The translations under genes were made by a program, and so were the position numbers. A DNA stretch of 64,000 nt from Podarcis cretensis. Its lineage: Eukaryota. Shown here piece by piece: positions 21,517 to 34,071 of this stretch (position 1 is the first letter of the stretch; the number at the start of each line of letters is the position of its first letter). The stretch is from NCBI GenBank assembly GCA_951804945.1, contig OX638155.1, positions 43,710,001-43,774,000 of the forward strand, in the 5' to 3' direction. The notes under the pieces were generated by a model. The model was not told the origin of the DNA and did not search any database. It was given only the letters and a program-made list of their open reading frames with translations.

Positions 21517-24500
21517 CTGCGGTAGCAATATATAGAACTTCTGAATGTCCCTATAAACCTCTCAACCTGCCCATTTGTTTGTGGCCAATAAAGTGCAACG
21601 TTTCAGTGTTTGAATCCAGTATAGTCTGAAAATTAAGCAAAATGATGGTCCGTTTTTTACTTTGAGGATATGTTAGCTGCTTCTTGTTGGAATGATTCTG
21701 GAGCACATGCACAGTTTCAGTTTCTTTAGTGGGGCTCCCTTTCTCAATTTTCTGGAAATGTACAGTATTTCTGGCATTTCATTTGCCTGAGCAGTGTCTA
21801 TAGTGTTTTAGCAAGAGTCATCTGGGATTCTCATAAAATTTGCCTGAACATTATGTTGGCAGTGCATATTCTAAAACAGCTGAATAGCAGAATAAATATC
21901 TGTTGTTATATTGAATTAGTAAATGAATTAATTAAATGAGGTAGCTTTCAAAAATTGGCTCTTACAGTTTTTGAATTTTGTGTTTTGGGGGCAAAATAGA
22001 CTAGTGCTGTTCAACAGTATGTATGTATGTATGTATGACTTCACATTTGTTAGCTTGGCAAAGATACACTTACTTTGGTATTGTGTTCCACATACCCCTC
22101 AACTAATTAAGGACTCTTCAGCATATTGGATAAGCATTGTCTGAAGAGAGTTTATCAGTCAATCACTTTGATATCAAAATGTGGTGGAGGGTTGTTGTGA
22201 TGGCCTTTCCTTCACATTCTATCCCCTGCATCTTCTAAGAATTTGCAAAACTCTTTTCCAAAATATATACATTTGTCATTGCAAATTAGTATTGCTTCGG
22301 TAGAATAGGTGACAGATGCAAGCATGCATCTGAGAAAGACACTGTTTGCCTCATTTCTCATATTTCACAAAAATGCTAATGTTTAAATTCAAAGGAAAAT
22401 GAGCTATATTTTGCCTTCAAAGAGTTATAAAATTGAATGGAAGCAGACAAGCCAGACGGCTTCAGCATTTTACATTTATTGGTACAGAATGGTTTCAAAG
22501 GGTCACAAAGTGAGATGCAGTTGATTTCTTCCTAGTTCTAGATACCTGAACTCTTGAGTCCTTAAAAAAAGGACTTTCCAGTATCATTCCCATATAATTA
22601 TTTTGCAGTCTTAATAAACTCTGTGGACCATTTGTAAGCTTGAGTTATAATTGCATTTTTCAGGTCCTCCCCCACCCCCATGAGTTGCCTTATCCATGTT
22701 TGCCTCATCTATGAGGTCATGGAAAGCCTGCTACTTATCACTTTGTGGGGGAGAGATGCTAGCCATTCAGTAATGTGTTCTCTTGGGACTGAGATAGCAG
22801 AGTTGTGGAACACTAGTGGGAAATTGTGCTAAATATCTATGAAAGTATTTTTACATGGCATAAGCTCCACGGCAACAGAGGGCAAAAAATCCCAGACTTT
22901 TCCATTTGTTTTAAGTTATTTTCAGATCCATTTTGGAATCAAACACCTCAAGAGTTTTCCCTTGGGCTCTTCATGGGAAATCTTACCCAGAAGACCTAGA
23001 CACCGATTCAAGAGCCTTTAAAATACTGAGTATAATAATCCTGACCTAACATGCCCTTCTCTGCCATTAGTTGGCTGTGCCTGTAACTCAACAATTTTAT
23101 GGGCTTAATGGCTTGCTGCTAAGTACATCTTTTAAGGCTAACCAAAGTCAGCTGAATGAAACGGTTCTCTTAGTCGACATGTCTAATAGGCTAAAACTGG
23201 TTGTTCTTAACTCTTTCCAATACTCTCAACTTTTAAAACAGTTCTTGGTCTACAAACATCATCTGGTATAAATCAACACAGTTCCTTTAAAGTTTTTGGA
23301 TCGAAGGTTATTTACCTGATGAGAATCTGGACATTTTAGTTTGAATTGTGCCAGGCTGAAAAGAAAAAGAGGCAACAGGAAGAGAAATCCTGAAATAATT
23401 TTTACTTTAAACTTACAAAGTTTGTATTAAAAAATTATGGTGCATTAACCAGGGAAAAAAGAATGGTCTCAGATAAGTTAAGGAAGAGAACAGAAATGTG
23501 TGTGGTGTTTATATAATACATCCAAAGCATGCTAAAATGAAAGCTAGAAGTAATTGGTTCCCAGGCGCCAAGTGAGATATCACCCAAAAATGCAATCGTT
23601 CTGCATACCATTTGTGGGTTGATTTCTTTTTCTCTGTGGCATCACTAAAAGAGGAAGGAGTAGGATAAGGAAGGCTTCAAGGCCAGGATAAGAACAATCA
23701 TTTGCTTTCCTTTTGCTCCCATTATGAAAAGCTCAATTGTTTCATCTTACTGTTTTTATCATTTGGGAAAGGATACATTTAGCACACTGCAGCTCCAGAT
23801 AAAGGAGGCATCAAAGGTACATGCAACATATAAGGAAGAGAGAGGAACGTTTTTTCCAAACTGTTCTCTATTTCCACTCATTAAGATTCAGATTTTTAAT
23901 GCTTGTTTTCACCTAAGAATTAATATGTCACTTTAAAATCTGTACACCTCATACATTTTTTGTATTTTTTATATTAAGTTATATTGAATTTGGGCAGGAG
24001 ATTCTGGGAGTTAACATGGTATTTCATTAAAATGCATAGAAGGAAAAAGAATGTTTGAGCTTTGGGGTTGATTAAACACAAAGAAAAGAAGATCAGTCAC
24101 CTGAAGTGAGTGTAGCATGAAGAATTTTATTATTTTCATCTGTGGGATGAGAACATGAAAGTGATTAATAAATATGAGGTTCAGTGACTGGAAAGTAATG
24201 TAGAGTATTCCAAGACATTCAAGATAGTTTGTTGGCTTCCATCCAAGGAAATATATTGCATGTCTATTTTGCTTAATAGGACTTTATAGCAAGGCAAATT
24301 GTCTCATGCATTCCTGGATTCCATCTCTCCTTGCCTGAAGCAAGCCAGTTATATTCACCTTAAAACTCAGGGTCTGGAACACACTGGCACTGGCTCTTAC
24401 TGCCACAAGCTATATTGACTGGGCCACAAACTTCTGCCACTGTTTTAGAGATGGTTTTCCCTTGGGCATGCAATGAATTTGCAAGTCTTCTCCTGTCTTA

Positions 24501-26923
24501 CAGCTGTACTGAGGCAGATTGGAGCGTGGTAACCAATAAAAAAAAGTTCAATTTTACATGCTCTATCTCAATCAGATTTTATTGCAGCATTGCATAGTAA
24601 GGACAATTAACATTATCTTGCAAAAAAAGGTACCGGAGGTCAATTCATCTGTTGTTCTTTAAAAGGGCACTATATCTAGGACAAATATCTCTTGAGGAAT
24701 GGTGTCATTTTTCCTTGGTGGAAGTATGCATGTCTCATACAGTTGTCTATTTCCTGTGTTTATTCTGGAGGTAGGGCTGTTTCACGTTTTTTTCTACACA
24801 GAAATTACCATAGAAAATCCATATGCAATACAACATGAAACAAATGTGCAGTGTCCATTCTGGGCATAGGAACCATTATTAATATATGGCCACCATGTGT
24901 GGCTTGCCTAAGATTTTTTGCTACTCTTAACAACTCCACTTTAAAATCTGAAATTCCACTACAGATAATGCTGAGGTACAACTCTTGGGTCATGTGGTAC
25001 TTCAGCCAAACTCCACAAAACTTGCCGCCTCAAGCAACTGCTAGGTTTGGTTATGCTGTATTTCCAACCCTCTATAAGCCTTCTTAAACCACATATTCTG
25101 GAGGCAAGCCCATTCCCATAGAGTGATTGGAACTAGAATGGTCTTAACTCCCTCCAATAAAAGAAAGCTTTCCCATCTACCATCACTCTCCAGGATTAAT
25201 CTGCAGTCTGGATTACAGCACTTGATAGAAGATGCAGCCTGCATTAACTCAGGAAAGAACAAGAAAACCCAGACTTGCAAGGGAAGTTCCAGCAAAACTA
25301 AAACTGACCGGAGTTACACAGGGGCTTCTCGTAATCGTTTTTTTGTTTAGTCTTCAATGTTTTCATTGTTGCAGAGCTACAGTGGAGATCCCCACGAGGG
25401 GCTGAAGATTTTAATCAATAGTGTCGCTTAAATGCTTTGTGCTAAGATACAGTTTTAGGCACACTTCAGTACTTCAAATTCTTCTATTCCCTTTTAAGAA
25501 AGTTACTTATTCTTCTAAAAATATAAATATTATGCAGATACTGTGCATAATGATCCACATTCTCAACTACTCAGTCTTGCATTTCCCTCTTTTGTTCATT
25601 TCGCAATTAACATTTGGTATCTGGGAGGTGGAGACAACACATGGCAACTGCTTCCTGTTAAAATACCCAGAGCTCTTCTAAAGACTAAAAAAAAAATTAT
25701 CAAAGGTATACTGAAATAGGCAGCTGCTTGCCTGGGACTGAACAGCAAGGCTTGGGTCACAAAAGTATAAGTGTGTGTTCAAATAGAAATGGCACGACAT
25801 ATTATATGGTTTGTTTTTCCAAGAACGCTGTAGGATAGTAAATCATTCACTGGAATAAATGAATATGGTTATACTGAAAAGCATTATTAGTGCAAAAGGT
25901 GAAAAGAGGTATGGAAATACATTACAAATCTGGCCATGTATCAAATGTGGTTGCAACTGTGTAGAACCTGCAACGAGAAGGAAAAGACTTCCATTTTGCA
26001 CAGCACAGAAGCCCCAGAGTCTGCCTTGGTTGCCTTAGCAAACCTTGGAAGTAAATATTACAGCACAAGTCAGGGATGAGAACCTGTTGTGGGGGCTGAA
26101 GAAATTTGGAATCCAACAGTCTCTGGAAGATCACAGACTCCTCATCAGTGGCATAAGGTCACACTTGCATCCCAAGGGCTATTACAATGGCTAGGGTTGC
26201 TTGCCAAATTTTGGTTCTGTAAAATAATCTGCCTGTTAAACTTTTATGCAGTGTAAGTGGAACACACAGAAATTCTGCCATTATTGTTTTCCCGGAACAT
26301 GCCTCTAGGAGCTTCTAGACTGGGGACTTTTTAGCACTACAGTGGGGATGCAAACGGGATCCGAATTTTAGAATTCTACAAATGTTAGCATGCATAAAAG
26401 CAGAAGCTAAATTTTTTTGTTAATTTATGAAATGGCATGAAAGAGCCCAAGATAACAAAAAGGGGGAACTTTAAATTCTGTGGCCATGATCAGTCAAGGG
26501 AAGGTGGTAACTCTTGCTGTTGACACATAAGGGAAAAAGTGTTTCACTTTCACCTACTCTTAAGTACTATCTGTAGGCTGGAATTCACCAAATTACTTAC
26601 TTATTTATTTACAAATTGCTTCCCATAAAACATCCCAAAGTGATGTAAATATGCTCAAGTGTTTGAATATGCCCAGTGCAATTAAGTTGGGGGGGGAGCT
26701 TCCCCTTCCATTTCATATTACAAAATGATTATTTTTATTTATTTGTACCCTGCCCTTTCCCCTGCTTTTGAAAGTTTCCAGTTTCAAAAATATGCGTCTG
26801 ATGGCCCACCCATCTCTTAGGCACTCTAAGTACTGAACCTATAAGGAAATTTGATTTGCTAGCAACTATGTGTCTTACAAAGTTTCTATCAGTTTTACAA
26901 GGTTTCTGTTGGTTTTGTTTCAG

Positions 26924-27245
26924 AACCATGACCATTCATGTATAGCATGCAGGATCATCTATCGGTCAGATGAACACCACCCACCAATTTTACCTCCGAA
27001 GGCTGATTTGACTATTGGATTACATGGGGAATGGGCGAGTCAGCGCTGCGAAGTGCGTCCTGAAGTGCTCTTTCTCACCAGGCACTTCATCTTCCATGAC
27101 AACAACAATACCTGGGAAGGTCATTACTATCATTATTCTGACCCAATCTGCAAGCACCCCACTTTCACCATCTATGCCAAGGGTCGTTACAGCCGGGGAG
27201 TACATTCATCCAGAGTGATGGGCGGAACAGAATTCGTGTTTAAAG
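26924..27245 (+). CDS. APCDD1: APCDD1 coding exon 4
   Basis: Inside ORF 26870-27334: [37 protein letters not shown]...MGGTEFVFK. Acceptor ttttgtttcag ends at 26923, donor AAG|GTAAGA at 27246. 322 bp. Confidence 0.97.
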
Positions 27246-30200
27246 GTAAGATCATTAGTTTTCAACCAAAGCTCTTTCCAAAGTACAGCATAATTTTTAT
27301 AGCACGTAGCAAAACACATATGTGGAGGGATTAATATCATACCAAATTGCTCCACATGTTCTTGGATATCCATCTCACAGTAAACCAGCTCAGTTTCTTG
27401 TAGCCATGCAATGCTTTATTTAAGCTTCCTGCTGCCTTCAAGTAGGACTATATTCCCGTACTTCTCATGATTACTGCCTTGTGCTGCTGCACTAAGTTGA
27501 ATGGCCCAGACTGGCCAGGGAAGGGGAATCAGTAAGCATTATTGGGTATTTTGACAGATAGGAGCCAGACTCTCAGATTTCTGTAATAGACCACCTCTTT
27601 CTGTGACGCTTGTATGATGCTTTTGGGTGGTCTTTGGAAGAGGGGTTGGGCAGTTTCTAAAGCCTTTAAAAGCTGTTACACATCTTTGTTCTGGGTCCTC
27701 ACCTCCTTGCAGGGGTGGAAGCTCTGTTGCAAACGAAAATAAAGATCTTCCTTCCTTCTAAAGAAAGAAAGAAACTTGCTGCAAAGCAGCAAGGTCAAAT
27801 AGTGTCAAATAAAGGGCAAGTACTTAAAGCTTGGAAGTAGTGTAAGACAGACATGAACTAATTACCAAAAAATCAAGTTAAGATACCTGTTATGAAACAA
27901 TGGAATTAAATTCTAAAGTGTTGTAATCACAGCCAACTGTGTTAAATAAATATAAAACGTGTATCAGTCACCTTAAAGAGAGCAAGCAGTTCTCCTTGGC
28001 TTTTAAATAGAACCCCAGGGATAGCTGAGCTACAAACAGTTCTTAAAAGAATCAAATGAAAAAGACACATGGCAACTATAAAATGAAAGGTGGTTGTGCC
28101 TAAAGAGTAAGGCTGCGAGTTCTTTTTCCGAAATGGTGAGAGAACACACCAAACTCCTGCAGAGTTGAGGAACAAAAAGCCTTCACTCCTAACATCCATG
28201 ACAAACTTGGAGACCTTGCCCATCACTTTTATAAAGGCATTCCTGGGTTTGTGATCAATTGGTGGGCATTCCAGTCTTAAGCATAGACCATAAAAGCTAA
28301 CCTATGAAGTCAAAGGATGAAGTCAAACATAACAAATCTAAACAGGGCTGCTTCTGTGTTGAAATAACATGCAAGGGGGCCTGGATTTTTGTTAGGATTT
28401 GTTGAATTGTTCATATAAATTTATTAAAATATGCCACCCAAACTTGAAACAGGACCAACTTAAGTTTGTTTGGAATTCCCTTTCTTGAGGCCCTTTCAGT
28501 TCAGCTGGAACTCAAAACAAAATTGTTTAAATTACTTTTAAATTAAATCTAGTCAGTCTTTTCAGGATTAGGAGAACTTGGCTGATATAAATCAAGGTTG
28601 TTTTTTTAAAGCTCTGAAGTTTATAGATTATCCATTCTTCAAGATGTTGCACACATGAAGCTTTAAAAGTGTGGATAATATATGATGGTAATGGAGCTGA
28701 CATTTTCTGAGGTTTTTGGTTTCCATTTGGAACTGGTTACTTCATTAGCTTTCTGAGCAAGTATATGTTAAAAGACATAGCTTTATATCCTGGCTACAGA
28801 ACAATTTTTAAATGAAATTTGAGTGCAGTTTTATAGCGTCCTCTCTCATGAAAACCAACTTGGTTTTATTTGTAGGCTTGCCTGGGGCAGCAGGGTTGTG
28901 AAATAGAAACTGTTTAATCTCTTGCCTTTCCTATCTAGACATCAGTCTTTTTTTTCTTTTCTTTTTTGGTGGAACTTGCTTTCCCCTCTCCTTGAAGACT
29001 TAATTATGTGAACCAATGTTAGTTCATTTGCTTAGTATGCCCACAACACAGAAGCTAAAAATGTTTGTGAAAATTGAACAAGTAACTGACCCAATTTATT
29101 GTCCCCAGCTCATTATATAAATACATTTGAGTTTTACACTTTGAAAAATAGGCGTATTAAAATGTTTGATGACATTTAGAGGCTTAAAAAAGAAATCAAG
29201 AGCATAAAACTGGAAAAATGATTTATAATTAATTTCAAATAAATTTGCACCTTATTTTAAAAAGTGTATTAATTTTTGTGCTTACTGTAATGAAGCTTTA
29301 TTGAGCAACTGGATAGCTGGGGGTATATGTGTATGGAAACAAATTTCTATGAATGTATGTTTAAAGCTTGGATTGAGAGCAAAGTACTGAATCAGCACCA
29401 TGTGGCTGTTTTCCCTGTAAAATAACTATCAGAATTAAGCGTGCTTTTTTTTTAAAAAAAAAAGAATGTTAAATGTAGTTTTATGTTATATTTAGATCAG
29501 AGATCAGAACCACTCTAGTAATCACATGATCTAATCTAATGAGTAAAGGTATAAAGTAATTGTCACCTTTGATGCTATTTTATCTAGCATGTGCATAAGG
29601 AAGTTAGGGCAATAATAGACAACCCTCCAATCCAGAGGCTGCTTACGGGTACGGGAAGTCCATTTTAGCTCAGAACTCTCTTGCTTATAAACATGTGAGT
29701 GCATAAGCTTTGATTCAAGTCCTCCGTTGAAATGAATGTCAAAGAGATGTAAACACTGCTAACAAAATTAAATGCTTGCATTGGTCATGCTCATTAAAAC
29801 AAGAAAAAATGAGGATATGTTCATGCCTTGCTGAAATATTTGTTCATGGCCAAGGGTCAGTAAATCAATCAAGATTGGCGGTTTGCCGTCTTCCTTGGTG
29901 TAGCCTTTCCACGCACATACGTGTTACACAGCAGTTGCATGATTTCATATTTTAAGGAAATTTAAACCTTTTCTTAACATTGTCCAATAGCTGTAAAGCA
30001 GTCATATGATAGTCCAGTGACAATGAGAAGTGAAGCATGCCAAGGAGGAATACATATACCATACAGACCAGCAATGGTTACTATAGAAGAGGAGGTGATG
30101 CAACCTGTTTTGTATATCATAAGGTAGAGTAGCATATTAAATCTAGGTCATGCCCAAGGACTAATTCCTTTGAACGCTGTCGAGGCTGAGCTGCAAGAAA

Positions 30201-30600
30201 TGACACTTTTTGCAAGTCTCCCAACAGCAACAGAAAGCAAACCACCACCACACTAGACAATTTTGTTACTCAGGGAGTGAGCAAAAAAGTGTTTGCTCAT
30301 TGTGGGGAGAATGGTTCTCTTGGCTGAGGTCACCTATCTCAGCAGTTCAGGAAGCCCTGTCCTCACTCTCAGATCAGCTTTGTTTTCCATGATGTCACCA
30401 CATTCGTACATTATCCCTGATTCAATAGGAAGAGAGGAGAAATGAATGGCAACGTACAGGCATACAAAGTGACCATAAAGATAAAATGGGTGATTTGCAA
30501 AAACAAAATGGCTACCTTGAGAGCTTGTTTTCTGGTACTGCTCAAATTATTGAGCATTGTTACCACACTGAGAATTCAGCAGTGTCATTAAATCTATGTA

Positions 30601-30849
30601 CAGTCGTACCTCGAAAGTCAAACGCCTTGTGAGTCTAACGTTTTGGCTCCCAAATGTCACAAACCCGGAAGTGTGTGTTTAGGTTTGTGGACGTTCTTTG
30701 GAACCCAAACATCCAATGTGGGTTCCGCGGGTTCCGATTGGCTGCAGGAGCTTCTGCAGCCAATCAGAAGCTGCACCTTAGTTTCTGAACATTTTGGAAG
30801 TCAAACAGACTTCTGGAACGGATTCCGTTCAACTTCTGAGGTACAACTG
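30601..30849. mobile_element. Tc1/mariner (Tigger-like) MITE, 249 bp
   Basis: TA-CAGTCGTACCTC...GAGGTACAACTG-TA. Central palindrome ttccgattggctgcaggagcttctgcagccaatcagaa. Confidence 0.85.
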
Positions 30850-30999
30850 TATCTGATTTACATTTTGCTCACTCTTAAAATGACATGATTATTTTCATCT
30901 AGTCAAAACAGAGAGCACTGCTACAAGAAATTCCCACAATAAGCCAACCATGTACCTTACTAGTGTTCCACTACTAAATGCTAGATCTGAGAGCATATT

Positions 31000-31283
31000 T
31001 ATTCAACTCACTAACTTGTGGACATTGTTCTAAGAGCCACTAGCTTAGATAAATTTAAAAGGGGATTGAGACACATTCAGAAGAGGATAGATCTGTTAAT
31101 AGTGATCAGTTATGATAGCTAAATGGTTTACAGGAAGCTTACCTGTGAAAAAGCAGTTGCTGTGGGCAAACAACGGGAATGGCTGTCGCTTGTACTTTTC
31201 TTAAAGTATCTGGCTAGGCACTGCTGGAACAGGATGCTGAACTAGAAGGGCCCAGGAACTAATGAGCAGGGCTCTTCTTATGA
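31000..31283 (+). mobile_element. CR1-like 3' fragment in APCDD1 intron 4
   Basis: gccactagcttagataaatttaaaaggggattg... and 3' end gctgaactagaagggccc...agcagggctcttcttatg. Confidence 0.55.
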
Positions 31284-31527
31284 CTTCACTTGCAACTCTT
31301 ACTGGTTTTGGTTTTAAACCCCTTTTTTCTTTCTTTCCATACGCTTGAGTTACTCTTCACATTTATAAAGGCTTAGTTCAGAAGCAAATGCTGTGTCTTT
31401 CAAGGTCAATGGGTTTAGAAACTTCTACAGAAGAGAATCAAGCTCTTCCTGAAATAGAAATCTGGCTGTTGACAAAAGCATATTACCTCAAGGCACAATT
31501 AACAGTCCCTTCTTTGTTTTTTTGCAG

Positions 31528-31979
31528 TGAATCATATGAAGGTTACACCCATGGACATAGCTACTGCCTCTCTACTGAATGTCTTCAATGGAAATGAGTG
31601 TGGGGCAGAAGGATCCTGGCAAGTTGGGGTGCAGCAAGATGTTACTCACACCAATGGCTGCATTGCTTTGGGAATTCGCCTGCCGCATACAGAGTACGAG
31701 ATCTTCAAAATGGAGCAGGATGCCAGAGGGAGATACTTGTTGTATAATGGCCAGAGACCTAGTGATGGATCCAGTCCCGACAGACCAGAAAAGAGAGCCA
31801 CCTCATACCAAATGCCCTTAATTCAATGTACTTCATCCGCACCAAGAGTAGATGAAACTTTAGAAGAAAACAAACTAGGATGGTACAGCAGTGGAGCACC
31901 AGCAAAAATTCCCTGTGCTTTTGTTTTGGTTATGATGCTGGCTGTTAGTACTGTGCCAACGTTGGGCATTTACAGCTAG
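31528..31979 (+). CDS. APCDD1: APCDD1 last coding exon (end of second domain, hydrophobic C-terminus, stop TAG)
   Basis: Acceptor ttttttgcag ends at 31527. (V)[33 protein letters not shown]...[12 protein letters not shown]...LGIYS, stop TAG at 31977-31979. Confidence 0.97.
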
Positions 31980-32500
31980 AACTGCATTTTCAAATGACTC
32001 CTATCAGGGCAAGTGTAGGACTTAGGCTACATGGGGAGATGTCATAAAGCATCTTAACAGACAAAAAAAGGACATTTTCTTGATGCCTGAAGAACTGTTG
32101 TTCCTTTTATCCTCCTTGAATCATGAATAGCACCAGTTTGCTTCTGCTTTGAACTTCATCCAATCTGATCCATGGCCTGACATGACTGCACAACAGTAAT
32201 TGCACTTTAAAACTGCAGTTCTTCACCCTTCAACCCTGCCTTCAGTTTGTTCTTTGGAAGAAAAACTTATTGGGCTGAACTATCTTACACAACTTTTCAT
32301 CTACCAACTGTGCTGTTGCAGTTGCCCCTACTCCCCAAATCAGTTTCATCTTTGAATTTGATTATCTAGAATTATGCTTTTATCGTATTGTGTCAATACT
32401 GATAAACTGCATTGTTCTTATGTTACAGTGTATATATGTATATATGAAAAATCCAACTAAGGATGTATATTAAATACACTTTTATAGAGTTTACATAAAA
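31980..32500 (+). promoter_or_regulatory. APCDD1: APCDD1 proximal 3' UTR with candidate miRNA/Pumilio sites and variant poly(A) signals
   Basis: Directly follows the stop codon. GCACTTTA 32202-32209, tandem TGTATATA 32429-32444, ATTAAA 32469-32474, CATAAA 32494-32499. The true 3' end cannot be fixed from sequence alone. Confidence 0.5.
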
Positions 32501-33083
32501 TATTACATGATCTTTAGGATCAAGAATGCTGAATGGAAAATCTCAAATTAAACCTGCACAGATAATTTAAATGATTGTATATATAGGTGGTGAATTTAAG
32601 AATAATCGGAGATTTAGAGTGACATATGGCGCCAATGTTCTTTAATAAGTTGCCCAACTTATCACAGTTCAAAGCAATTTCAGGGGTCCACCAACCACTT
32701 TCCACCAACTTTGAAAAAGCAAAGACAAAGGGAAGAAAGCAACAAGATCTCTCAAATATAGAAACCAAGGTGAATTACACCATATCTTCATAAGAAATTC
32801 AGGATAGTGGACAGTTTGCCAAATGCAATGCACTTGACATTCATTTTATTAGACTGGGCAATTCAATAAAGCAAGCAAGGCTTAATCTTGATATATTTAT
32901 TTTTGCAAGACTTTTTTTAAAGAATTCATAATAGGTTGTGGCAAAAAATGGAGTTTAACGAGGAGCAGGATGTTAGCCAAGTCTGTTTCCTTTTATTAGT
33001 GAAGTAGACAAACTGAATATTAAATGATTCCTTTTTTCACTGGGAATGGGACAGGGGGTCATGTAAACTCCATTGCTTTAAAT

Positions 33084-33198
33084 CAGGGACAGGGAAACCT
33101 ATCGCTTTCACATTATTGGACAGAACCCCAGCCAGCTTGGTCATTGATGATGGGAGTTTAGTCCAGCTACATCTGGAGGGACAGATTCCCCACTCCTG
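33084..33198. mobile_element. hAT-type MITE, 115 bp
   Basis: CAGG...CCTG ends with an exact 8-bp TSD ctttaaat at 33076-33083 and 33199-33206. Confidence 0.85.
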
Positions 33199-34071
33199 CT
33201 TTAAATTCACAGTAGCCTCTTTGCATAGTGCCACAATGACAAGGCCAGGAAACACAGAATCAAAAGATACTCTCCCTAAATACCATCTTATTTAAAACCA
33301 GCAGTTTGAAGAACAAATTATATCTTCTCTTTCATGCATGTGTATTCACATATAATTTATTGACATGTACAAGGGGGACAAGTTTCAAATCCACTGGTGA
33401 AAAATAGTCGTGGGTAAACCAAGCCACGGTGTTGGGTCCCTTAGTATAATAGGAAGTGTTCTGTGATAAAATACAAACTTACAAATTGGGACGCATGATA
33501 AGAAGGAAAGGAGCAATAAGAAGCTGCAGAGGGAAGGTGGCATAAAGAAACTTTTCTCCCTTCTGTACATAGAAGCATAAGATCAGAGTCTTCTATCAAC
33601 AAAGGGACACAACTATATACAACCTGTGGTAAGGCACAACAAACAGAAAGTGAAGGATGCAACTGAGTCTACAAAATCTCGGAAAAGGGACCATTCTTAC
33701 CAGCAGAATTATAGTTCTAATGTATAAACATTCACTGGAAGCTGCTGCCATGGGCTTGCTTTCTCCACTTATTTTTTATCATCTGCAGAAGTGAAAGGGG
33801 AACTCATTTATGCTGAAGTAAGCAGAGATACAATTCAGAGAGAGATCTTGTACTTTTGACAATGACAGTGAAAAGCACCATGTGCAACACCTGTATTTCC
33901 ACATCTGCCATAACTAGATGTGAGAAACCTCTGCATATATTTGGCTCTGGGCTGCAGATTCTTTGACTGTTCTGCCACAGGGTAGATTATGATTCCTGAA
34001 TTGGGAATCTGCTACAAAGCTTCACCTGTCCATCAGCCCTCCCTGAGGGCTCCTCCCTGAAAATAATAATC

